IMG/VR virus record: IMGVR_UViG_3300009151_003928
Coordinates: 1 to 64,000 of that record
Strand: one strand, 5' to 3'
Length of the DNA stretch: 64,000 bases
Source of the DNA: a virus
The position numbers were made by a program, and so were the translations under genes. The notes under the pieces were generated by a model, which was given only the letters and a program-made list of their open reading frames with translations, ran no database searches and was not told the DNA's origin. Positions 19,246-27,579 of this stretch are shown here, piece by piece. Position 1 is the first letter of the stretch. The number at the start of each line of letters is the position of its first letter.

Positions 19246-19872
19246 ATGACAGACGATTTTGCCTTATATAAACAAAGCCTCAACAACTGGATGGACTATG
19301 GTGTAATGTACCATGGTCGAGTTGATCCAATCTGGAGTAAACTCGACTTTGATTGGATTAAAACTTACTCAATTGAAGAGTTTGATCACAATGATGTGTG
19401 GGACAGTCCAGCAAGTCAATTTAAATTATGGCAAGAAGACCTGTATCGGTCTTGGGGACACAAGAAAGAAAATACAGAGCATTACATGGCATTCGACCCT
19501 GTAATTGATTTTGATGCCAGACTAATATTTAAAGAAATTGGGTGCCATAAGACTTTTCACAATTTTAATTTTATGCGGATTCCTGCAGGAATGATTATTC
19601 CCTGGCATTGTGATACGTATGCGTACTTTGTAAATAAATTTAATATAGCACCAGAACAAGTCACCCACGTTAAACGTGCCATTGTATTCATGGAAGACTG
19701 GTCGTTTGGGCAAACAGCACAATTTGGTCGTAGTGCGTTAAGTCACTGGCAAGCCGGTGACGTGTATTCTTGGGAACATGCGGCATGGCACGGTGTAGCA
19801 AACTTTGGCAACAAACCTATAACAGTAATGCAGGTAACTTATTATGACACAACCAACACTGACAAATCTTAA
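19246..19872 (+). CDS. 2OG-Fe(II)/cupin-type oxygenase
   Basis: PWHCD (HxD) and distal WHGVAN. Confidence 0.75.
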   Translation: MTDDFALYKQSLNNWMDYGVMYHGRVDPIWSKLDFDWIKTYSIEEFDHNDVWDSPASQFKLWQEDLYRSWGHKKENTEHYMAFDPVIDFDARLIFKEIGCHKTFHNFNFMRIPAGMIIPWHCDTYAYFVNKFNIAPEQVTHVKRAIVFMEDWSFGQTAQFGRSALSHWQAGDVYSWEHAAWHGVANFGNKPITVMQVTYYDTTNTDKS

Positions 19873-20749
19873 AACACTACCATATGGTGGCGCACAATAT
19901 GTAATCAATGCAGATCGTGAAAAGTTTATACACGATAGTATTATTAAAGCCGCAAATGATCGTTGTTTATGGGACACTGACCTACAGCGTACATTCTTGG
20001 ATGAATATTATTCTTGGATACAAAACACAACTCTAAATACTATTACAGGTATTGACAATTTTAAAGTTAAGGCATTTACGCAAGGTGCTACAGAAGCATT
20101 TGATAAATTTTATTTGAAAAATTCCAATGGTAGACTGCGCTATTTTAAAGGTGAGTATATGTATCATCAAGTTGCAGGACGTCAATATTTTAATGAAAAA
20201 TCTAAATTCATCGAAGATGAAGAATTAACCGCCAATGATGTAGTAGTTATTAGTTTGCCCTTTAGTGACACAGGCAACGAACATCCTAGAATGAAAGAAG
20301 TATTAGAGGAATGTACTCGATTAAACATACCTGTGCTAGTTGACTATGCGTACTTAGGTATCTGCAGGGATATTACATTTGATTTAACATATCCGTGCAT
20401 TACCGATGTTACCTTTAGTTTGAGTAAAACATTCCCTGTGCCACATTTGCGTATTGGTATGCGCTTAACTCGTCAAGACGATGATGATGCATTAATGGTT
20501 ATGAACAAAACTGGTTACACAAATCGATTAGCAATACAAGTTGGATTAGATTTAATTCGAACATGGTCTGTAGACTTTATACCAACACACTATAAGCTAG
20601 CACAGGAACAGCTATGTCAAGAATTAGAAGTGGAAGCAAGTAATACAGTTATATTTGGTATAGACTCTAATAACAAATTCCCAGAATACAATAGAGGTGG
20701 ACAAACTAATCGGTTATGTTTTGCTAAAATCCTTGACACTAAGATCTAA
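19844..20749 (+). CDS. PLP-dependent fold-I enzyme (aminotransferase/decarboxylase-like)
   Basis: QGATEAF, VLVDYAY, FSLSKTF...LRIG. Confidence 0.75.
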   Translation: MTQPTLTNLKTLPYGGAQYVINADREKFIHDSIIKAANDRCLWDTDLQRTFLDEYYSWIQNTTLNTITGIDNFKVKAFTQGATEAFDKFYLKNSNGRLRYFKGEYMYHQVAGRQYFNEKSKFIEDEELTANDVVVISLPFSDTGNEHPRMKEVLEECTRLNIPVLVDYAYLGICRDITFDLTYPCITDVTFSLSKTFPVPHLRIGMRLTRQDDDDALMVMNKTGYTNRLAIQVGLDLIRTWSVDFIPTHYKLAQEQLCQELEVEASNTVIFGIDSNNKFPEYNRGGQTNRLCFAKILDTKI

Positions 20750-20761
20750 ATACTATACAAT
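20733..20761 (+). promoter_or_regulatory. sigma70-type promoter of folE with an embedded CTAAATA
   Basis: TTGACA(20733-38)-17-TACAAT(20756-61); CTAAATA 20746-52. Confidence 0.7.
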
Positions 20762-20782
20762 AACACAATACTCGGAGAAGAA

Positions 20783-21559
20783 ATGTCTGATAATAAACTA
20801 GTAGAAGAAGCACCGTATCATCCCGGATACGAAGATGCCGCAATGGCAATGAGCGACAAAGGTTACGAAGAAGGTTACCTAGGTGATGCTATTCGCTTCA
20901 ACATGAAGCGTGATAAGAAACGTTTCTGGGCCGGTGACAACATTAGCGATTACTTACACGAAGGTGATAAGGAAATTTTAATCAACGAAGCCACAGAAGC
21001 TTTTGAAACAGTTTTAGATCGTCTGCTTATCGATCGAGAAAATGATCCTAACTCAAAAGGCACAGCTAAACGATTGGCTAAGATGTATTTTAACGAAATT
21101 ATGGGAGGTCGATATGATCCGGCACCTAGCGCAACAGCTTTTCCAAATGATTCAGCGGATAGATACGAAGGTATGTTGGTTGTTCGTAGCGAACTGCGTT
21201 CTATGTGTAGTCATCATCACCAGCCTGTGTCTGGTGTTGCTTACATCGGAATCATCGCCGCAAATAAACTTATTGGCTTGTCTAAATATACTAGGATCGC
21301 TCAGTGGTGTGCTCGTCGTGGCACACTTCAAGAAGAATTATGTAACGACATCGCAAGAGAAATAATGCGGGCTACTGAGTCAGAGAACGTGGGTGTGTAT
21401 ATACAGGCCACTCACGGATGCTGTGAGAATCGAGGCATTATGGCACACTCGAGTTTAACACAAACAACAGTATTAAAAGGTGCTTTTAACACAGACCCAG
21501 GAACTAAAAAAGAGTTCATGGACAATATCAAACTACAACAGGACTTTGCCCCAAGATGA
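20783..21559 (+). CDS. folE: GTP cyclohydrolase I
   Basis: SMCSHHHQP, IGLSKYTR, LQEE, ATHGCCENRG. Confidence 0.95.
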   Translation: MSDNKLVEEAPYHPGYEDAAMAMSDKGYEEGYLGDAIRFNMKRDKKRFWAGDNISDYLHEGDKEILINEATEAFETVLDRLLIDRENDPNSKGTAKRLAKMYFNEIMGGRYDPAPSATAFPNDSADRYEGMLVVRSELRSMCSHHHQPVSGVAYIGIIAANKLIGLSKYTRIAQWCARRGTLQEELCNDIAREIMRATESENVGVYIQATHGCCENRGIMAHSSLTQTTVLKGAFNTDPGTKKEFMDNIKLQQDFAPR

Positions 21560-21831
21560 ACTGGCTTAAAAGAAAACTAAGACGCTGGATACAAGAAGAA
21601 GATTGCTATGCTATAGCATCTCCAGTATCAAATACAATTGGTTCTAATTCTATTGACATGGAAGGTTTAGCTTTCCATGTTATGCCTGCACGAGGTGGTA
21701 CAGTAGTACAAATTCGACAATACGATCGTAAATCAGATCGTAGCAACAATGTAACACATGTTATCCCCGACGGTGAGGATATTGCCGAACGCATTGGACA
21801 TATTGTTAGTATGGAACTATTACGAGCATGA
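21556..21831 (+). CDS. Hypothetical protein
   Basis: ATGA-coupled ORF. Confidence 0.65.
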   Translation: MNWLKRKLRRWIQEEDCYAIASPVSNTIGSNSIDMEGLAFHVMPARGGTVVQIRQYDRKSDRSNNVTHVIPDGEDIAERIGHIVSMELLRA

Positions 21832-22184
21832 TTAAAGGTATTAACTCATCAGGGCCGTACATAAATGTCAGTAACGGAATGCCAGGTAGCCCTTACATTA
21901 GTCCAAGAGATAACAATCCTGCTATTGGTATGGTTCGTATGAACGGGCAAAGCCTCGAAGCATTTGATGGTAGCGGCTGGATATCAATTGCAAACACTTA
22001 TGCTGACGTTAGTCTAAATGGTGCGGCAATTACAGCTCTAGAATGGTGCCAAAAGAAAATGGCCGAAGAATCACGTATCAAAGAACTTGCCGCAAAGAAC
22101 GTCACAGTAGCAGATGCCCTTGCTCGATTTGAGCAAGCACAAGAGCAACTCCGAATAGTGTTGACCCTTACAGACCAAGTATAA
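21828..22184 (+). CDS. Hypothetical protein
   Basis: ATGA-coupled ORF. Confidence 0.65.
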   Translation: MIKGINSSGPYINVSNGMPGSPYISPRDNNPAIGMVRMNGQSLEAFDGSGWISIANTYADVSLNGAAITALEWCQKKMAEESRIKELAAKNVTVADALARFEQAQEQLRIVLTLTDQV

Positions 22185-22186
22185 AA

Positions 22187-22232
22187 CTGTTGCTTTTCTG
22201 CAACAGACCATAAAATCCCATTAATGTATAAT
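22187..22232 (+). promoter_or_regulatory. Promoter with palindromic box overlapping a CAGAC -35 element
   Basis: CTGTTGC-N6-GCAACAG(22187-22206), CAGACC-17-TATAAT(22227-32); the same design recurs at 36225 and 37932. Confidence 0.65.
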
Positions 22233-22264
22233 ACTAGTATCTTTAATGATTCTAGGTATTCAAC

Positions 22265-24652
22265 ATGAAACGTAAACTGCTATACACACTGATGTTTGGC
22301 ACCGTAATTGTGCTAACTGCCTGCGGAGGCGGAGGCGGAGGCGGAGGCGGAAGTCCATCGTACGTTCAGCCTAGCACAAATGCTTCAATACAAACTGTTG
22401 CGAAATCAGTTAATCCTTTATCTGGCGCCGCCGGTTTTATATATTCCACTGTGAATATGTACAATGCCGATTTAACCGGAAATGGCACTGATAATATTGT
22501 TGTAGCCGGATCAAGCACAACTAATACCAGTAGCGTCATGAAAGTGTTTGGTTGGTCTGGTACCAACTTAGTTGATCAAACTGCACAATGGTTTATCCCA
22601 GGCGATAATATTATTAGTCCTGGTGCGGCTAAACTGTCTTTTGGTAACTTTAACGGCAACGGACGGCAAAGTATGTTTGTTGATCCAGGCACTGACAGTA
22701 ATGGTGCTCCGGCAACTTCGGTATCTGTTTTTGTCAACAACGGCAGTCGGTTTACCAAATATAGTATTGCACTATCACACTCACTGGATAGTATGGACAG
22801 TACTACCTTTACCTATAACGGCGTTGACAATGTCTTGGCCCTAGGCTATCCATACTCACAGGCCATTATGGGAAGTACCACTAATGACTTTAGAGCTTAC
22901 GCTGTCAGTAACTTGTCAGGTAGTGCTATTGCTAGTGGTAATTTCTTAGGCACAGGTGATCCAAGTTTTGTAGTAGGACAATTTGGATCATCAATTACCT
23001 TGGGTGCGACTCCTAATGCATTAGTTGGATTCAGTCAAGACGCCGGAACCGGTGCAGTTACTACACCGTTTATTCGCAACTTGCCGGTTCCGCTATTTAA
23101 TACAGCACCGTACTTTGCACAAACTGGCGGCAGTAATACCATCCGTGTTGTTAAATACGACTTTGACGGCTCAGGCGCAGACAGCGTGTTTATTACTGCT
23201 ATGCCAAACAACTGGCAACTAAGCCCATATCAATCTAGTATACAATTCCTCAAAAACAACGGAGCTGGTATATTTACAGACGTAACACCGGCCACAGTAT
23301 CCGGATATGATATGACCAAGGCCGCAAGTACAAATCCAATTATTGCCGACATTTATAATACCGGTTTACCTGCAATTATATTACCAGCAACAAATGGTAC
23401 ACAGGTACTTGCACAAGTCAGTCGTGGACAGTATGTAGCAAGTATGGCCAATACTATTACCACTTTCCAAAACAATGTTAATAGTTTGGTGGGTAGTAGC
23501 CTAGATACCCAAGGCGGAACTACTACTTTTGTTAAAGGGCCAAACAATGCCTTTTATTTATTAGATATGGTTCCACTAAATATGCCAGATGGTTCTAGTC
23601 AGAAGGGTTTTTATTTAACACCACTTAGCACCAGTACGGTTGCTACTAATGCTCAAAGCGCCATTAATCTTGCTCGTACCGTATGGCCTTGGTTAAATGA
23701 CGTTCAGCTTAATGCAATGATTCGAGCAACAGGCACAAATTTTGCCGGCATAACTGTCATTGACGAACAAGCATTATTTTCTCCCACTGGACCATTGGGT
23801 ATATTTAATCGTCCTATCTCGGGTTATATTGCTGGTCTACAAACAGATGGTGCAGATTCACAATTAATTACCACTGATAGATTAGGTCGTACCTTTACCG
23901 CTAGCCTTGCTCCATTACATGCAAATGGGTGGACTAATTCATTTAACATGAACGGTGAGCACATTGACCAACATGAATTGTCTGGCCACACTGAATATTT
24001 AATTGCTGGTAATGTTAACAATGTTGGACCATTGCGTGTTGGTAGTGAAACTCGCAACATGTACAATACTGTTGGCAACGATCCCGGTGTTGGGCCTACA
24101 CTAAATCAAATTAAAAATTATACAATCGGTATTCCTCGAATATGGGAAAAAGGAAATTGGTCAGCGGGCGCACAGTACACTACACTTAGTTATAATCCTT
24201 GGTTGGCATTCGGCGGCAGTTGGGGTATGGTCACCCAGACTGGCAACTTAGACCATACTATCAGATATAACAATAAAGGCTTTACTGCTGTAGCCGGCGG
24301 CACGTATACTACTACAAATATCACACCAGGGTTGATTACCAAGGTAAATGATATCTATGGTGTGTGGGGCGAAACTGGATATAAATGGGCAAACGACCTA
24401 GGTATCTATGCTGGTGTTAAACCTATTGCAATACGAGGAAATGTTGAAGCAAAGTTACCAACTAGTGTTGACACCGGGGGTAATTTAGTGTATACTGGTA
24501 AAACATTAGCACTTCAGAATCAGACTACAGGATATTTAAGAGCACTTTGGACTACTAACATTGATAAGAAAACTATGTATCGTATCAGTGGAACTGTAAT
24601 GAGCAACGGGCAATCACGTATAATGAACGAATTGAGGTATTTCTTTGATTAA
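22265..24652 (+). CDS. Large predicted lipoprotein (poly-Gly linker, FG-GAP/VCBS-like repeats, beta-rich C-terminus)
   Basis: Signal peptide with lipobox LTAC followed by G9; ADLTGNGTDNIVV, GNFNGNG, DFDGSGAD repeats; amphipathic strands at the C-terminus. Confidence 0.7.
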   Translation: MKRKLLYTLMFGTVIVLTACGGGGGGGGGSPSYVQPSTNASIQTVAKSVNPLSGAAGFIYSTVNMYNADLTGNGTDNIVVAGSSTTNTSSVMKVFGWSGTNLVDQTAQWFIPGDNIISPGAAKLSFGNFNGNGRQSMFVDPGTDSNGAPATSVSVFVNNGSRFTKYSIALSHSLDSMDSTTFTYNGVDNVLALGYPYSQAIMGSTTNDFRAYAVSNLSGSAIASGNFLGTGDPSFVVGQFGSSITLGATPNALVGFSQDAGTGAVTTPFIRNLPVPLFNTAPYFAQTGGSNTIRVVKYDFDGSGADSVFITAMPNNWQLSPYQSSIQFLKNNGAGIFTDVTPATVSGYDMTKAASTNPIIADIYNTGLPAIILPATNGTQVLAQVSRGQYVASMANTITTFQNNVNSLVGSSLDTQGGTTTFVKGPNNAFYLLDMVPLNMPDGSSQKGFYLTPLSTSTVATNAQSAINLARTVWPWLNDVQLNAMIRATGTNFAGITVIDEQALFSPTGPLGIFNRPISGYIAGLQTDGADSQLITTDRLGRTFTASLAPLHANGWTNSFNMNGEHIDQHELSGHTEYLIAGNVNNVGPLRVGSETRNMYNTVGNDPGVGPTLNQIKNYTIGIPRIWEKGNWSAGAQYTTLSYNPWLAFGGSWGMVTQTGNLDHTIRYNNKGFTAVAGGTYTTTNITPGLITKVNDIYGVWGETGYKWANDLGIYAGVKPIAIRGNVEAKLPTSVDTGGNLVYTGKTLALQNQTTGYLRALWTTNIDKKTMYRISGTVMSNGQSRIMNELRYFFD
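22323..22351 (+). repeat. Hexanucleotide tandem repeat (GCGGAG) x ~5 encoding poly-Gly
   Basis: gcggaggcggaggcggaggcggaggcgga. Confidence 0.9.
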
Positions 24653-25106
24653 TAAACTACTTAACTGGCTAGACAAGATTGGACGTAAACGTATTATTAT
24701 GGATCGTATAAACGACGAACCATACCTAGAACGTTACTATGTATTCCTTAAGGATCGCGAACGTTTTCCCTTTAATGTGTTCTTACACAAGTTTCTCAAA
24801 AGCGATCCAGATGATGTGCATGATCATCCCTGGAACTATGCCACACTTATTCTCAAGGGCGGCTATTGGGAATGGATTCCGCAATTCAATCACGAAGGTA
24901 AAATGACCTGTGAAGTGGCAAAATGGCGTGGGATGGGACACTTTCGTATTTGTGATGCAACCAGTTATCATCGTATAGAAATAGATCCGGGGGTTGATAC
25001 ATGGACGCTGTTTATGCCCATGTGGAAAAGAAAAGATTGGGGTTTTTGGACTCGCAAGGGTTGGGTACAACACGAAGCATATTTACAATCAAGGGCAACA
25101 AAATGA
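24645..25106 (+). CDS. Cupin-like phage protein
   Basis: HDHPW...ILKGGYWE...YHRIE. Confidence 0.6.
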   Translation: MINKLLNWLDKIGRKRIIMDRINDEPYLERYYVFLKDRERFPFNVFLHKFLKSDPDDVHDHPWNYATLILKGGYWEWIPQFNHEGKMTCEVAKWRGMGHFRICDATSYHRIEIDPGVDTWTLFMPMWKRKDWGFWTRKGWVQHEAYLQSRATK

Positions 25107-25188
25107 AATTAAGCGAAATTATTACTATGGGTATTTTTGCAATTATCTTGGTTGCATTTATTATATATCAACATGGGCATTTTATAAA

Positions 25189-25515
25189 ATGATACAACTT
25201 CCGCCCGGTTGTTGTGTGGCATATGAAATTCGTTTTACTGTGGGAGAACTTACAGATGAAATTGGTGAATGGTTTAATATGATTGGTGGGACTGCTACTA
25301 AGAAACAGTATTGGGATCATCGAGGTCGCGAACAATTTACAGTTCATGTACAATACGGTAAAGCAAAACCTAGTCACAGATTAGCAAATGGCGAAGTTCA
25401 TAATATTATAAGATTCGATGGCACAGATGCTAGTACTGCAAGCATGTTCTTGCTCAAGTTCATGGATCAAATCGTTTCACACAATTTAAAGGAAGCAGAA
25501 CATTATGTCTATTAG
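25189..25515 (+). CDS. Hypothetical protein
   Basis: Start reassigned to ATG 25189; preceded by a small membrane ORF at 25103-25192. Confidence 0.6.
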   Translation: MIQLPPGCCVAYEIRFTVGELTDEIGEWFNMIGGTATKKQYWDHRGREQFTVHVQYGKAKPSHRLANGEVHNIIRFDGTDASTASMFLLKFMDQIVSHNLKEAEHYVY

Positions 25516-26068
25516 AAAAATATACTACAAAGAATCAACCGTCAGGGGTTGGGTACACGAAATTGTTCGTGGCATGTCTGCAGACCAATGGCGACCAGAC
25601 TACATTGTGGGACTCACCCGCGGCGGCCTAGTTCCTGCTACCATGCTAAGTCATTATTTAGATGTGCGTATGGAAACTCTTAAAGTAAGTTTGCGTGATG
25701 ATAGCGAAATGGGCCCAGAAAGTAACTTGTGGATGGCCGAGGATGCGTTTGGATATGTAAGCACCGATGTTGTTCCTAGGCCGGCCAATTCCATTGCATC
25801 AGATCCTGCTACACGCAAGAACATTCTTATCGTTGATGATATTAACGATTCAGGTGCCACGCTCAACTGGATCAAGCAGGATTGGCAAAGCGGGTGTTTG
25901 CCCAACGATTCTGGATGGGACAACATCTGGGGTTATAACGTTCGTGTTGCTGTGTTAATTAATAACGAAGCAAGCGATTTTAAAGACGTAGACTATGTGG
26001 GGTTAACCATTAACAAAATGGAAGAACCTGTTTGGTGCGTATTTCCTTGGGAGGAGTGGTGGCATTAA
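25505..26068 (+). CDS. Type I phosphoribosyltransferase (purine PRT-like)
   Basis: IVGLTRGGLVPA and PRPP loop ILIVDDINDSGATL; C-terminal VFPWE. Confidence 0.9.
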   Translation: MSIRKIYYKESTVRGWVHEIVRGMSADQWRPDYIVGLTRGGLVPATMLSHYLDVRMETLKVSLRDDSEMGPESNLWMAEDAFGYVSTDVVPRPANSIASDPATRKNILIVDDINDSGATLNWIKQDWQSGCLPNDSGWDNIWGYNVRVAVLINNEASDFKDVDYVGLTINKMEEPVWCVFPWEEWWH

Positions 26069-26421
26069 AAGATTTTTACCTAGACGAAACACTAGAATGG
26101 CATATAACCACACACCGAGAGTGGAATAGTTACTTGTCTAAAGAAACGGTCACCGACGAAGACCTGGTTGAAGTAATCAAAGGGCACGGTGGTTGTAGTA
26201 TAACCGGCAGTGACGACGGTCCGGAGTTCAAAGCCCTACGTAACCAATTGGAAGAAATGGGTTACATCAAATGTGAACGCAATTGGTGGAATGGTGATCG
26301 TGTGATAAGGACATTTCGATTAAATGGATTACGTTTTAAAAAAGACACACAATTTTCATCTGGGGCGGCGTTAAAGTTTCATATGGATTTTTTAAGAAAA
26401 CATCCGGAGTACGCAGAATGA
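26059..26421 (+). CDS. Hypothetical protein
   Basis: GTG start after SD GGAGG. Confidence 0.6.
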   Translation: MALKDFYLDETLEWHITTHREWNSYLSKETVTDEDLVEVIKGHGGCSITGSDDGPEFKALRNQLEEMGYIKCERNWWNGDRVIRTFRLNGLRFKKDTQFSSGAALKFHMDFLRKHPEYAE

Positions 26422-26573
26422 TACTTGTTGGAACATGGGTTGTTGTAGGATTCTTTAGTGCCATCGGGTGGTACGGTGCTAACTATTATGTTATTACTCC
26501 ATATTTGCCTGAACCGGTGTTTAAAGAAAAACGAGTAGAAGAAACAAAACCAAAACAGGATGATGCTAAATAG
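26418..26573 (+). CDS. Small membrane protein (51 aa)
   Basis: MILVGTWVVVGFFSAIGWYG...; ATGA-coupled; not in the ORF track. Confidence 0.55.
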   Translation: MILVGTWVVVGFFSAIGWYGANYYVITPYLPEPVFKEKRVEETKPKQDDAK

Positions 26574-26588
26574 TATTATCCCACAAAC

Positions 26589-26652
26589 AGCGGCCTTCGG
26601 CGTTCATCCCGCTTTACAAACTCTGCCGCCTATGCTATAATTAACATAGGAG
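26589..26652 (+). ncRNA. Candidate preQ1-I-like riboswitch (H-type pseudoknot plus RBS hairpin) upstream of queD
   Basis: P1 AGCGG(26589-93)/CCGCT(26609-13); loop ends in CATC; A-rich tail TTACAAACT; P2 CGGCG(26598-602)/TGCCG(26624-28); hairpin CCTATG(26629-34)/CATAGG(26645-50) covers part of SD AGGAG. Confidence 0.55.
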
Positions 26653-26659
26653 ATCAAGC

Positions 26660-27160
26660 ATGAATCAAGCAATACAATACAAGTACACAAGTACAAAAGA
26701 ATACCATAACGCATTTCCCTGCGCTTATCGTCAATGGCGTGCCGATAGTCATTGTAACCTAAATCACGGGTATGCATTTAGTATGAAGTTCTATTTTGGA
26801 ACTGATACACTAGATGTGCGTAACTGGGCGGCCGATTACGGTGGGCTTAAAGAACTTAAGGCCATCTTGGAAAGTCAATTTGACCACACTACCTTGGTAG
26901 CACAAGATGATCCAGAACTTGAATTCTACAAAGAAATGGAACGTCGTAAGTTGGCCAAACTAACTATACTGCCAGCATTGGGTTGTGAAGCACTTGCTGA
27001 TCAACTGTACAAATTTATCAATGGTGTTTACATTCCAGATAACTGGGGACCGGGCGAAGCTAGTCGACTTTGGTGTTATCGTGTGGAAGTTCGTGAAACA
27101 CAAAGCAACATGGCTTTCCGTGAAGGCCATCGTGAATGGAATGAAGATCTATTTGCTTAA
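26660..27160 (+). CDS. queD: 6-carboxy-5,6,7,8-tetrahydropterin synthase
   Basis: HCNLNHGY, DYGGLKELK..L...FDHTTL, GCEALA, VEVRET. Confidence 0.85.
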   Translation: MNQAIQYKYTSTKEYHNAFPCAYRQWRADSHCNLNHGYAFSMKFYFGTDTLDVRNWAADYGGLKELKAILESQFDHTTLVAQDDPELEFYKEMERRKLAKLTILPALGCEALADQLYKFINGVYIPDNWGPGEASRLWCYRVEVRETQSNMAFREGHREWNEDLFA

Positions 27161-27317
27161 AGTATGGAGACTTTGGGCAAAAGCCCTAGGTGAAAAAACA
27201 GGTAATACGGATGCAGAAGCAGACCGTATTGCTTGCATTCGTAGTGTAATTGTGTTAATATACATTGTTACAAACTTTTTTATAATTGCGGGCGTATTAC
27301 GACATTGGAATGACTGA
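27141..27317 (+). CDS. Small membrane protein
   Basis: WRLWAKALGEK...ADRIA followed by a hydrophobic helix. Confidence 0.55.
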   Translation: MKIYLLKVWRLWAKALGEKTGNTDAEADRIACIRSVIVLIYIVTNFFIIAGVLRHWND

Positions 27318-27579
27318 TAAAATAAATGAAATTCTAGATATCCTCCAGGAGGAGTGTGCCGAAGTAATTGTTGCCATTAGCAAGATTCGCCGATTTGGAA
27401 TTGACAACACATATAAAGATGGCGGAACACAACGTGAGCACTTGGTTCAAGAGCTTGGTGATGTTACACTACTAATTGAATTGCTTCAAGCACACGGTGT
27501 TTACACCGAACAAGAACTAATCAACGCACAACGCCGAAAGGCAGTAAAATTAACTAAATGGTCAAAGATATATGAGTAA
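27310..27579 (+). CDS. MazG-like nucleotide pyrophosphohydrolase
   Basis: LQEECAEVIVAISK...LVQELGDV. Confidence 0.8.
   Translation: MTDKINEILDILQEECAEVIVAISKIRRFGIDNTYKDGGTQREHLVQELGDVTLLIELLQAHGVYTEQELINAQRRKAVKLTKWSKIYE

Noticed and set aside
22323-22351. Phase-variable repeat
   Set aside because: The 6-nt unit keeps the frame; slippage would only change the Gly linker length
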